Positions 1 through 9,063 of a DNA stretch of 64,000 bases are shown here, in pieces. Positions within the stretch are counted from its first letter, which is position 1; each line of letters begins with the position of its first letter. The notes beneath the pieces are model-generated. The model searched no databases. It was not told the origin of the DNA and worked only from the letters and a program-made list of their open reading frames with translations. The position numbers and the translations under genes are program-made. The stretch comes from a virus (lineage: Duplodnaviria; Caudoviricetes): the IMG/VR virus record IMGVR_UViG_3300037067_012088, positions 127,388 through 191,387 of that record; one strand, 5' to 3'.

Positions 1-295
1 CAGACCCTTGTCGGTGCGCCGCTTGCCGGAGGAAGAGGATATGAAGCTCACAACGCCCCTCCAATGGGATCAAGCCGCTTTTTGGCCTCCCCGATAAGCG
101 CAAGGACCGTGCGCGCATCCTCCTTACCGAGCATATCATAGAGCTTGTTGCCGCCGCGCCATGAACCCAGTTGCCCCGGGTGCGCGCCGCCAATCTTGGC
201 AGGTAGTCTCATGGAGGCTTCGAGTTGAGCGAGAGACTTGGTCTTGGGCCGCGCCCGTTTGAGCCGGCGAGTCTGGCGGGATGTGGAGAGGGGTT

Positions 296-478
296 TCATG
301 ACTTGATACGACTGACCACCAGACGCCCGGCCACCCAAAGAGGTAGAGACAAATTGACGAATCCAAGAGACAGGATGCGCAGGATGCCGTCGAGCAGTTC
401 AGCCCACCCCAAAGCCCAGCGCCACAGGTAGCAGATGAGGTGGGGTTCGCCTTTGGTGTAGATGGAGAGGATACTCAT
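296..478 (-). CDS. small membrane protein, hypothetical
   Basis: 60-aa hydrophobic ORF with an ATGA overlap to the upstream gene. Confidence 0.5.
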   Translation of the reverse strand: MSILSIYTKGEPHLICYLWRWALGWAELLDGILRILSLGFVNLSLPLWVAGRLVVSRIKS

Positions 479-930
479 GGCACTACAGTAGGCTTATTAG
501 GAGAATCGGGGAGATAGTGGGTGGCGTAACGGACGTAGTCCGGCGCAGACTCGTAACGTTCCCAGTCGTCATCTGCGATGGAGGAGGTGACGAAGAGCCA
601 ACAGGGGTATGGTATCATCGTCTCGGGAGTGATGAGGATGGGAGAGGGAGACTCAATAGGACGACCCCAGTAGCTTTCATAGAAAGCGCGGGCGGCACTG
701 AGACGATTGGTCGTGTTGAAGGGTGAGTCTCCACCGGTCACCAAATCGCCCAGATCGGTGATGTAGACCGAGGCTTCGGTCATGGCTTTCTTGACCCCCG
801 CTTCGTAGGCGTCGTTGAGGAGGGCGGCTGGTTCAACAGCAGCATGGAGATTGTCGATGAGCGTTCCGGGCAGCGACACTTTCATGCCGGCAACGCCTTT
901 GATGCTTTCGCAATGGGCCAGTATCGCCAT
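475..930 (-). CDS. hypothetical protein (start uncertain: 885, 930, or frameshifted from 1007)
   Basis: ORF track; the frame stays open and protein-like upstream of 930. Confidence 0.55.
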   Translation of the reverse strand: MAILAHCESIKGVAGMKVSLPGTLIDNLHAAVEPAALLNDAYEAGVKKAMTEASVYITDLGDLVTGGDSPFNTTNRLSAARAFYESYWGRPIESPSPILITPETMIPYPCWLFVTSSIADDDWERYESAPDYVRYATHYLPDSPNKPTVVP

Positions 931-1003
931 GCGGATGACGCGCCGAAGTTCGGGCTCCGCCTCCTTGGCAATCTCCTCGGCGGTGGGGTGGGTGGGGTTG
1001 GGG

Positions 1004-1999
1004 TCATGGGGTGGCCTCCTGCTTGGCGGCGGCTAATCCGTTCTCGATACGCTCCAGCACTTCGTCGGCACTGAAGTCGTCACTAGCCGAAACGATGGCC
1101 TTGACCTCCTCCAGCACGACAACCGCAGCAAGCAGCTTACGGCGGAACTCCTCTCGCTCGTTCAGGAAGCGCGTCTTTTCTGCCATGTGAAGCTCGATGC
1201 GTTCATGCTGGCAGAGGTAGCAGGGCTGCCCATTGATAACCCATCCGTGCCCCTTGTTGCAAAGGTGGTGGCCCCCAATCCTGCCATCCTCCCCGCCCTG
1301 CTGTGACGTGAAGTGGTGGCGGACGTTCAGCGCAACAATGGCGCTCACTGTCTTTTCGATGGACTCGCCTTCGTGCGCCAAAAGCCAAGCGAGGTCTTTT
1401 TCGTATTGATACGGCCCATTGTGCCGAAGGGCTTCCGTCGCGGTGGCTTCCGGCTTGGAGGGGAGGGCGGCCAACTGGGCGCGAAGGGCGTCGTAATCCT
1501 CAAGACGGCGGGGCGACGGACTTCCCGGCTTGCCCTTGTCCTCGGGAAACTCATGCGAGCACAGCCACGCATATTCATCGTCCGTTATCAGGTCTTCTTG
1601 GTGAAGCCGGGCACGGCAGTTACGAACAAGGTCGAACAGCCGGCGGTGCGTGTTGATCGGTTGCTTCTTCCGCGCCTCCTTCACCTCCTGCTTCGCGGCG
1701 GCGAGCTTGGCCTCGGCCCGTTCGGCTCGCTCTAGCGCGGCTCCGTAAGCCCCGACAATGGAAAGCCCCTCGTCGCTCTTTGTTGCAATCGACCTGAGCG
1801 TGGCGTTGGCTCCTGCCAGTGTCCGCGCCTCCTCCAGCTCGCGCTCAAGGGTGCGGGCAAAGTCGGCTGGGACATACTCGCTCTTTCCGGTGCCCCAATC
1901 GGACAGGTCGGCATTATCAATGCGGGCCTCCTCCGTCCGTGGCGTGTCGTTCGTTGGTGTCATGGGAATGGGTGCCTTCGGGGGCTGCTGGGGGTTCAT
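1004..1999 (-). CDS. hypothetical coiled-coil phage protein
   Basis: Long ORF with heptad-like segments; ATGA-coupled start at 1999. Confidence 0.6.
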   Translation of the reverse strand: MNPQQPPKAPIPMTPTNDTPRTEEARIDNADLSDWGTGKSEYVPADFARTLERELEEARTLAGANATLRSIATKSDEGLSIVGAYGAALERAERAEAKLAAAKQEVKEARKKQPINTHRRLFDLVRNCRARLHQEDLITDDEYAWLCSHEFPEDKGKPGSPSPRRLEDYDALRAQLAALPSKPEATATEALRHNGPYQYEKDLAWLLAHEGESIEKTVSAIVALNVRHHFTSQQGGEDGRIGGHHLCNKGHGWVINGQPCYLCQHERIELHMAEKTRFLNEREEFRRKLLAAVVVLEEVKAIVSASDDFSADEVLERIENGLAAAKQEATP

Positions 2000-2329
2000 G
2001 GGGTGGGGAGATAGAGGTCTATTAGTTCTTCCTCGCGCTTGGCGGGAAGCGTCGGGCACTTGCGATACCAGTTCTCGTTGCTGTTTTCGGTGGCCGGAGA
2101 AATGTCGAGTTCCCAGCCGTCTGCGCGGGCCAGCATTAAAGCGTGCTCTTCGGTGGTCATTTGAGCCCCCTCTCAAAATCTGCCCGCGCTTTGATCTTTT
2201 TGCGGTGCTTGTGGAGCAGGCGATAGAGCTGCAAAGCCTCATCGTCATCGACTCCGCACAGCATCCCGGCGCGGGTGTCGTGAATGTCGATGCCGTCACC
2301 GACGAACTTAACTTTGATGTTATTTCGTT

Positions 2330-2719
2330 TCATAGTCTTAACCTAGTTAGCCCTTGGCGGGCTTGTTTGCGGCAGCCGAATTGCTGGCTGCGGATAGACT
2401 CTAACTCGTCAACGGTTTTTGCGGGTGCGTTGATCGGTTCTCCAGAAAAATTCCGTTGTGCTAATTCATCCAGAATCCGAACCGCAGAATCAATCACTGC
2501 GTCGGCGTCTATCGCGCAAAAGTCCTCCAACGCACTCTCCAAATCCTCCACCCGCTTAAGCAGCGCCGAATGGTCGGAAGCGAGCGAATCATAAGCTGTG
2601 GCAGAAACAACCGTGTCGCCCTCCCACTCTGGGATGGACACGCCGTATTCGTCGCGCTCCCCTCGCCATGTCACGGTGATTCGTTGCGGGCTGGCTGCCT
2701 CGGTGGTAATTGGGTTCAT
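2330..2719 (-). CDS. hypothetical protein
   Basis: ATG lies 7 nt after the promoter -10 box. Confidence 0.55.
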   Translation of the reverse strand: MNPITTEAASPQRITVTWRGERDEYGVSIPEWEGDTVVSATAYDSLASDHSALLKRVEDLESALEDFCAIDADAVIDSAVRILDELAQRNFSGEPINAPAKTVDELESIRSQQFGCRKQARQGLTRLRL

Positions 2720-2726
2720 GGCGGCT

Positions 2727-2755
2727 AGATTGATAGGCTTGATGGGGGATGTCAA
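2727..2755 (-). promoter_or_regulatory. class I promoter TTGACA-N8-CAAG-N5-CAATCT
   Basis: Member of the recurrent motif; 17-nt spacer. Confidence 0.7.
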
Positions 2756-2789
2756 GCGGAAATCTCGAACGGTTCTAATCGCGAGAAAG

Positions 2790-3383
2790 TCACGCCTCGT
2801 AATGCTTGACTACGTCAAGGGTGTCTGCGTCGTTGTATCTGGCTGACAGGCAATCGCTAAGATGCAAGAGCCACGCCAGCCTTGTCTTGGGCGCAACCGG
2901 CGATCCCCACGCGCGTGTTCCGTGGTGCGCGAGAATGTCGTGAAGCACCTCGTCTTCGATGTCACGATAGGCCGGGAACCTGTCCACCGCGCGGGCCCAG
3001 ATGATGCCCGAGCGCGAGATGTGATGGATGAGGCGCTTGTGCGGCGTGCCGGCCCAGTTGCCCGGCGCGACCTCGGTGTAGTCTTCAACCTTCCCGATGT
3101 CGTGATAGAGGCCTGCGAGGAAGACGGCACGCTCGGTAGGCAATGGTGCAGCATCCTTCAGTCCCAGTCTCAGTATGCTCAGCGTCCGACGATTGGCGAG
3201 ACATAAACTGACAACCTCCCACGTGTGCTGCGCGAGCATCCCGGTGCCGTAGTGGTGTTGATAGGGTTGTGAGGAGACGGACCACGTAGAGAAACGCGGG
3301 TCATCGAGCACGACACTGGCGATGTTGGTGACACCAAGGTCGGCGGCAACGTTGCGGAGAGAGTTGGTGGGGGTAGGAGTCAT
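2790..3383 (-). CDS. HD-domain hydrolase, YhaM-like, lacking the OB fold
   Basis: HH..G.L..HT.EV, LYHDIGKV, ILAHHG..WGSPVAPKT and LHLSD motifs. Confidence 0.85.
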   Translation of the reverse strand: MTPTPTNSLRNVAADLGVTNIASVVLDDPRFSTWSVSSQPYQHHYGTGMLAQHTWEVVSLCLANRRTLSILRLGLKDAAPLPTERAVFLAGLYHDIGKVEDYTEVAPGNWAGTPHKRLIHHISRSGIIWARAVDRFPAYRDIEDEVLHDILAHHGTRAWGSPVAPKTRLAWLLHLSDCLSARYNDADTLDVVKHYEA

Positions 3384-4027
3384 AGCTGGACGAGCTGAGG
3401 TGGGTTAACGGGGCAGTATCGTTCATCCATGATAGCAGCGTTCACGTAGAGCACCCCATCGTGAACCTCTTGTTGGCCGCCGTTCAGGTGCAAGTGTCCA
3501 AAGAAGTGCCCCTTGAGCGCGGGCAACGTCTTAATCGTGTCAGCGAGGTTGCGGCAACCCTGACGTTCGCGCGCATCCATTACGCGGTCCAGTCTCCCGT
3601 AGGCCGGTCCATGAGTCACCAACACCTGCGTATCCTTGGGGATCTTGTCCCATTTCACTTGGATAGCGGGACCTCGGTCGGCCATGAAATACCAGTCGAA
3701 GAAGGTCGGCGTGTAGGGGGAAAAGAACCACTTGAGATCGCCCACTTCGATGGACTCCTCTTCGAGGTATTTCGCGCTGGGGGCATACTGTCTCACGAAC
3801 TCACGCGCCTCCTTGGGGAAGCGCTGATAAAGCCCGTCGTGGTTCCCGGCGCAGTAGAGCTTCGTGGGATGGGGTTGAGACTCGAACCACTCAAGGAAAT
3901 CGATCACCTCTTCGCGCGAGTTGCGCCCTACCGTGTCGCCACAATGGACGAGCACCTCAGCGGGTGGGATTGTGATCTCGCGATGCTTGCCGTGGGTATC
4001 GGAGATAACGCAGATGGTCAGACTCAC
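3380..4027 (-). CDS. calcineurin-like metallophosphoesterase
   Basis: ISDTHG, HCGD, AGNHD, THGP and FGHLH motifs. Confidence 0.9.
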   Translation of the reverse strand: MSLTICVISDTHGKHREITIPPAEVLVHCGDTVGRNSREEVIDFLEWFESQPHPTKLYCAGNHDGLYQRFPKEAREFVRQYAPSAKYLEEESIEVGDLKWFFSPYTPTFFDWYFMADRGPAIQVKWDKIPKDTQVLVTHGPAYGRLDRVMDARERQGCRNLADTIKTLPALKGHFFGHLHLNGGQQEVHDGVLYVNAAIMDERYCPVNPPQLVQL

Positions 4028-4242
4028 GTCGCCACCCCCTCATCGCGCCGCTTCATGTGCACCAATCTCTCATCGAGCGCCGTGTTGATGCGCCCTTTGA
4101 TCTTGGCGATCTTGGCATCTCGTTCGGGACCGGTGGCGAGCTTTTCGGCGTCAAGAAGAGCCTCGCGGTTCAAATCGAGGATCTGGTCGATCTGCTCAAT
4201 GGGTGTGGGCGTAGACTTGGGGAAGGGGAGCGGGACAGTCAT
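4024..4242 (-). CDS. hypothetical protein
   Basis: 72-aa helical ORF, ATGA-coupled. Confidence 0.55.
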   Translation of the reverse strand: MTVPLPFPKSTPTPIEQIDQILDLNREALLDAEKLATGPERDAKIAKIKGRINTALDERLVHMKRRDEGVAT

Positions 4243-4249
4243 GGCGTCA

Positions 4250-4648
4250 TCATTGCCTACTTGTCAAACGCATTTCCCGCGCAAGGAGGATTCTCACGTT
4301 CCGCACCCAGTTTGAGTGCCCCACAGGATCACTAACCACGGGACACCAGCGCGCTGCCATATGCACCACAAACGCATCCGGGTTATCGCCGCCCGGGCGC
4401 CCGGCCCGCGTCCAGCGCCGCCAGTTAAGGTGGATGGACTCCAAGGTTATCATGCGTGCATGATCCTGCCCGCGCGTCTTGATTGACTTGACGCCGTAGG
4501 GGTAGTGGGTGTTGGGGCCGCCTTCTGCGATATAGATGGCCTGACTGAGCGGCTCAGCATAGGGACACCGCATATCCGTCACGTTGGGCACATGAAAGGG
4601 TTGAGCGGCAACACAGACCACCAGAACGAGGAAGAGGAGGGTCTTCAT
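4250..4648 (-). CDS. secreted lysozyme-like protein (putative cell-wall hydrolase)
   Basis: Signal peptide MKTLLFLVLVVCVAA; AIYIAEGG (candidate catalytic Glu); RWCP..SDP...NWVRNV tail. Confidence 0.5.
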   Translation of the reverse strand: MKTLLFLVLVVCVAAQPFHVPNVTDMRCPYAEPLSQAIYIAEGGPNTHYPYGVKSIKTRGQDHARMITLESIHLNWRRWTRAGRPGGDNPDAFVVHMAARWCPVVSDPVGHSNWVRNVRILLAREMRLTSRQ

Positions 4649-4766
4649 AGTGTCTTGGGTATCCTCACCGTGAAGCCGGCCGTCATCATGATGCACACCT
4701 CAGAGTGAGTCTCAAAGAGGATGGTGCCCCCAAACGTGAGGTTGCCGAGGTGGTAGACGGTGGGTC

Positions 4767-5150
4767 TCATGGCGAGTGGACGGGACAGGGATGACCCTCA
4801 TAGCCCGAACGCGTGCAGGTGCAAGGGTCGCGGGGCCTACGGGGACTGGGCGACTCAAGCTCGTTGATGTGGTGGATCAACTCGGCACACTCCTGTTTCG
4901 CCGCGTTGAACAGGTTGTTCTGCACCTTAACCTCATCTCTGGTGTCGTATCGTCTCAGCACGGGCTCTATCACCGCCGCGACATCAGCTAACTGCCTACG
5001 ATACGACACTCCCGCCTTCCTAATCGATTCGGTCGCGTCGGGATTGTGGGGATGAGCCGCCACATGCTTCTCACAGTCTAGTGCGCGCGCGAGAATCCCG
5101 GGATTGAGGGTCGCGGCAAGAGAGAGCGCATCTTCGTGGGCGGTGGTCAT
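4767..5150 (-). CDS. hypothetical protein with C-terminal Cys/His cluster
   Basis: CTC...CPVH motif. Confidence 0.5.
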   Translation of the reverse strand: MTTAHEDALSLAATLNPGILARALDCEKHVAAHPHNPDATESIRKAGVSYRRQLADVAAVIEPVLRRYDTRDEVKVQNNLFNAAKQECAELIHHINELESPSPRRPRDPCTCTRSGYEGHPCPVHSP

Positions 5151-5509
5151 ACGGTAGGAAACGCCAACACCTCGCCCGCTTCGTGGTCGATGGCCATGAT
5201 GTGGTCGTAGTCGCCCGAGAAGATGGCCTCAGCAATCTCCTGCTTCTGGCGCTTGAACTGGACCTCGTAATCGTTACCGGGCTCGGGCGGCAAGAGCTGT
5301 AGCTCGAAGAACTCGTTGCGGTCGCGGGCACGAAGGACACTGATGTTCTCGCAGAAGCTGGGGAGCAGCTTGCTCTCGTCTCGGATGCGTCGGAACTCGT
5401 CGTATCGGTGGACTGAGAGCACGTTGTCGATGTCAATCGCTCGTTTGTCGTCACCCTTGAAGAGATGCTGAGCCAGCTTGGTGGCTAGAGAAGAGGGTTT
5501 GTCGCTCAT
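5147..5509 (-). CDS. hypothetical protein
   Basis: ORF track; coupled to neighbours. Confidence 0.55.
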   Translation of the reverse strand: MSDKPSSLATKLAQHLFKGDDKRAIDIDNVLSVHRYDEFRRIRDESKLLPSFCENISVLRARDRNEFFELQLLPPEPGNDYEVQFKRQKQEIAEAIFSGDYDHIMAIDHEAGEVLAFPTV

Positions 5510-5857
5510 GGGATGGTGATGGGTTCGACCGGGTTGATCACCTGTGCGTCGTAGGCTGCTAAGAAGAGAAGCCACTCACGCTTGATGCACACATAGCGCT
5601 CGTAGCACCAGCGGTCGGAGAAATAGGAGAGGTCGGAAGAGAGCTGTTCAAGCAACGCTTCCCATCGGATGCGCTGGTTGCCCGCGTCCACGAGGTTCTT
5701 CTCGGCGTGATTGAGTCAGTAGCATTCGGCGGATTGGCGTTTCTCGGGGGTCGCGACTGAGACGTCGCTGTCACCCATCGTTGAGTCTAGTGGTCATGGG
5801 AGTCATGTCGTTCAGTGAGAATCAATATCGAGAGGAGTGCAAGCACAATCGTGGGAA

Positions 5858-6097
5858 TCAAGGGAAAGAGAGGGTGTTGGTGACCGCCTGTATGAGACCC
5901 ACCACGAGTGGGGGAATGATGATAAGGGCAGCCGATAGGACGGCGAAGACACTCCACCCCGTCGCGCGCGTGAGGAAAGGGGTTTGACTACCCCATAGGC
6001 TGCTGAGCATGTTGAGCCAGAGTGTGGCCCCGCGATAGAAGAGCCAACCGAGCAGGAGGATGAGCAGGCAGGGGACGATGAGGGCGAGAGAGGTCAT
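5858..6097 (-). CDS. two-TM membrane protein
   Basis: Two hydrophobic helices. Confidence 0.55.
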   Translation of the reverse strand: MTSLALIVPCLLILLLGWLFYRGATLWLNMLSSLWGSQTPFLTRATGWSVFAVLSAALIIIPPLVVGLIQAVTNTLSFP

Positions 6098-6588
6098 TTG
6101 TCGCTTGCTGCGCGGCGCGCTTTGGGCACGAACTCCCACGCGGCTTCGAGGGGCACGTTTTTGACGCGCCAGAGATCGCGATGGACGGAATCCACGACGG
6201 CCCAAACGTGATCATGATTCTCCAGCAGGAATCGCCCGCGACGATGATGAGAAGCGAAGTTAACCGGAGTCAGATGAGGGCGCTGAGAATAGCGGTCATC
6301 AAGACCCGTGACCTTGACGCGCTTGAATACACCCCACTTGGTGCTCCCGCGTCGCTTGGTGAGCCAACCACTCAGATCGAATCCATCACAGGTCACGCGA
6401 CCTGCCTTAGCTAGCACGTTGTATACGTCGTCATATTCCGCGCCGGTCAAAATCGCAAGAGAACGCACGGCACAGTCCGCAGTTTGCCCGGGCCTACGGG
6501 ACATATTGCGCCCGCCGTCGTCCAAAACGAGAGTATAGTAGGGAATCACGAGAGAAATAGGTGGGGATTTGGTAGCCGGACTCCCCAA
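6094..6588 (-). CDS. putative papain/C39-like peptidase-fold phage protein
   Basis: DCAVRSLAI...YDDVY motif followed by HVWAVVD (Cys-His-Asp); start uncertain. Confidence 0.5.
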   Translation of the reverse strand: MGSPATKSPPISLVIPYYTLVLDDGGRNMSRRPGQTADCAVRSLAILTGAEYDDVYNVLAKAGRVTCDGFDLSGWLTKRRGSTKWGVFKRVKVTGLDDRYSQRPHLTPVNFASHHRRGRFLLENHDHVWAVVDSVHRDLWRVKNVPLEAAWEFVPKARRAASDK

Positions 6589-6600
6589 CCGGTAGCGAGG

Positions 6601-6687
6601 TTACTGATTGCCCGAAGCCTTGGCGGCTTTAGGAGCAGTGGACTTCGCGGGTTTGGTTGCCTTTGCGGCGGGTTTGGATTTGGCCAT
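6601..6687 (-). CDS. 28-aa Lys/Ala-rich peptide
   Basis: MAKSKPAAKATKPAKSTAPKAAKASGNQ, read by hand. Confidence 0.45.
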   Translation of the reverse strand: MAKSKPAAKATKPAKSTAPKAAKASGNQ

Positions 6688-6762
6688 AGAGAGTAGAATG
6701 GAGGACTTGGTGTCGGAAGGCAAGAGAAATCGTGTGCGAAGCACACCGGGGCGAAAGCCCCA

Positions 6763-7689
6763 CTAGGTCATCTCGCCATATCTCATGCGCGGGACATAGT
6801 TGTCCTCAAACGCGCCTCGGTAATCCTTGGGGTCGAGCCCAAGTTCGCGCAAGAGCCGGCTTATCTCGCGCCACGCCGTGCGCAGGTTGCGGAAAGACTC
6901 GAATTGAGGGAGAGTGAGAGTGAAGGGGACAGTCTCGGCGTTGGTGGCCTTGGCTACGTGGTGGTTGACCCACGCGACAAGGAATCTCACGTTGCGGGCG
7001 ATGTCCTTGGCTGAGTCCCCCATGTCAAAGAACCTGTATTCGTAGGTCGGGTAAGCCGGCTTGTAGCGATAGGAGTAGCGGGCCGCGATGGAGCAACTGG
7101 TGCGCCCCCACTCGTAGGCCTTCTTCTTGAGCTTGGCGCGAGAATGGGTCTTCAGATCCATGGCTCCAAAGGTCACCTGTGAATTGGTCCCGGAATCAAA
7201 CCACTCAGCGAACAGCCACCGGATGTAAGGTCGGTTTGCGAAGTCCGTATACAGGTTTCTCTCGAATAGATACAAGCGCGCCAAATAGAGATGGTCGTCG
7301 GGAAAGAGATCGGCGATACCGATGTGGGCGTGACCTCCACCAGAGGGGTGATGAATCCCATTGCGTCGGATGCGCGGCAGCAGCTTAAGCTTCTTCGCCC
7401 GGTCGAACACCTGCTGGATGAGGGCGACGAACATAGGGTCCTCCCACTGGTAATCCCATGTCGGCTTGTCGCAATTGACCACCTCAATGATCCACGCAGG
7501 GTCGGGCTCAAGACGGAACACGTCCACCTTGACACCAAGGTCGATATCGAACGCTTGAATCCGCTTGCGCAAAGGACGGAGCGCACGAAAGAGGGCGTCG
7601 GCGGCGCGTTGGGCTTCCTTCTTACAGGAGAACTCCTTGGGGCCGCTGGGCCGGTCGGGGATGAAGGTCAGCTCTAGACCTAGACGCAT
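6763..7689 (-). CDS. putative amidoligase (COOH-NH2 ligase fold)
   Basis: LGLELT, IIEVV, GGGHAHIG and TYEYRFF motifs. Confidence 0.7.
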   Translation of the reverse strand: MRLGLELTFIPDRPSGPKEFSCKKEAQRAADALFRALRPLRKRIQAFDIDLGVKVDVFRLEPDPAWIIEVVNCDKPTWDYQWEDPMFVALIQQVFDRAKKLKLLPRIRRNGIHHPSGGGHAHIGIADLFPDDHLYLARLYLFERNLYTDFANRPYIRWLFAEWFDSGTNSQVTFGAMDLKTHSRAKLKKKAYEWGRTSCSIAARYSYRYKPAYPTYEYRFFDMGDSAKDIARNVRFLVAWVNHHVAKATNAETVPFTLTLPQFESFRNLRTAWREISRLLRELGLDPKDYRGAFEDNYVPRMRYGEMT

Positions 7690-8669
7690 CAGCTTGCCCC
7701 ATTCACCGCGTTCACGTAGGCCAACGCCGCATCAACCTGCTCCGTGGTCAATTGGGCTCCCGAATCCAACATCACGGCCTTAATCGTGCGGTTGCCCTTG
7801 GGAGCGACCTTGTTAGCGACACTTGACTTGCCGTGCTCGGCGAAAAGGGTCTGCGCAGACTCAAGCAATCCGACATCAATCTTGGCGCACCCAAAGCATA
7901 CCACCTTGGCATCCTTGGTATAGGACATGGTATAATCCTTGCCATCGCTGCCGCGAACGACGGGCGCGGGCGGGAGGGACGGTTTAGACAACAGATCAAT
8001 CAGTTCGCCCATCTGGGTGCGGGCGTCGAGGCGCGTCTTGCCATCGTGTTCGTTCCCGTATAGGAGCTTCTTATCCGCGCTGAGGTAAAGAACCGTATGC
8101 TGCCCATACTTGTCAGTCGCTGCGTCATCTCGGGTTCCTCCACCATCGCTCCACTTCCATCCCGCTGCATGAGCGATTTCCTGCACGGCATGGCTAAGAG
8201 GTTGAGAGTCACCCACCAGAACACTGACTGGGAAGACTATCTGGACGGATTGAGGAGCAGGAGATGAGGTATTCATAGAGGCGGCAATAGGACGGCGATA
8301 GTAGGCTTGGGAGTGTATCGTGTTGTGAGTTGAAGGAGCGTGTTGCCACGAACAGTTAATGGGCGCCCACATCTCCCACCCCTCGCCTACATGGTCGGCA
8401 GTGTTGGGGGCGACGATTTCCCACCCCGGGATGCTACATTGATGCGGCGGCGGGGCAAACTCGTCATCGACATTGAGGGGGCGGCGGTAGGTGTAACTGA
8501 CATTATGGCCGCTTGGGAAGATAGACGCCCTCTTGACATTCGTCCATCGACCGCCACTCCAAAGCTCATCGTGCTCCTGATTGATTCCTTCGTCCTTCCC
8601 AATATACCGATACCCCAGTGCGGGCGGCGGGAGGGCTTCTGGGTTCCATGGTTCAGGAAACTGCTTCAT
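7689..8669 (-). CDS. hypothetical protein
   Basis: 326-aa ORF; N-terminal half has a duplicated W...Y.RP unit. Confidence 0.65.
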   Translation of the reverse strand: MKQFPEPWNPEALPPPALGYRYIGKDEGINQEHDELWSGGRWTNVKRASIFPSGHNVSYTYRRPLNVDDEFAPPPHQCSIPGWEIVAPNTADHVGEGWEMWAPINCSWQHAPSTHNTIHSQAYYRRPIAASMNTSSPAPQSVQIVFPVSVLVGDSQPLSHAVQEIAHAAGWKWSDGGGTRDDAATDKYGQHTVLYLSADKKLLYGNEHDGKTRLDARTQMGELIDLLSKPSLPPAPVVRGSDGKDYTMSYTKDAKVVCFGCAKIDVGLLESAQTLFAEHGKSSVANKVAPKGNRTIKAVMLDSGAQLTTEQVDAALAYVNAVNGAS

Positions 8670-8938
8670 GAGCGCGTCCTCCGGTCATCCAGCGTCGCCG
8701 CGTCCAAGAAGTAGCGCGGCACCGAGCTATCGAGCCGCAGGGAATCGCGCTTGGTGAACTCCTCCTTGCGCTTGGTGTCACTCTTGGCATCACCCTTGGC
8801 AGCGGCGCGAAAGGCATCCGTGCCGGGGCGCGGAAGGGGCTTCGGGATGCGGGTGAGCAGGGGATACAGATTCTTAAGGCTCTCGATGAGGTTCTTGAGC
8901 CTCTTCTGATAGACGCGGGAATGAGTGTTGGTTGACAT
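8666..8938 (-). CDS. basic hypothetical protein
   Basis: ATG 6 nt after the promoter -10 box. Confidence 0.6.
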   Translation of the reverse strand: MSTNTHSRVYQKRLKNLIESLKNLYPLLTRIPKPLPRPGTDAFRAAAKGDAKSDTKRKEEFTKRDSLRLDSSVPRYFLDAATLDDRRTRS

Positions 8939-8944
8939 GAGAGG

Positions 8945-8973
8945 AGATTGACTGACTTGGGTTACTAGGTCAA
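8945..8973 (-). promoter_or_regulatory. class I promoter TTGACC-N8-CAAG-N5-CAATCT
   Basis: Recurrent motif. Confidence 0.7.
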
Positions 8974-9063
8974 GGAGAATCGCAAGAGATTCGTCACCCC
9001 CAATCGCTCTCGCTCACGCACCAGAGTGTGATAATCGATAGGGTGAGGGTCGCCAGCAACACG

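Noticed and set aside
2157-2333. Suspected frameshift at the start of a small gene
   Set aside because: On re-reading it is an intact 58-aa ORF (MKRNNIKVKFVGDG...) below the ORF-track length cutoff
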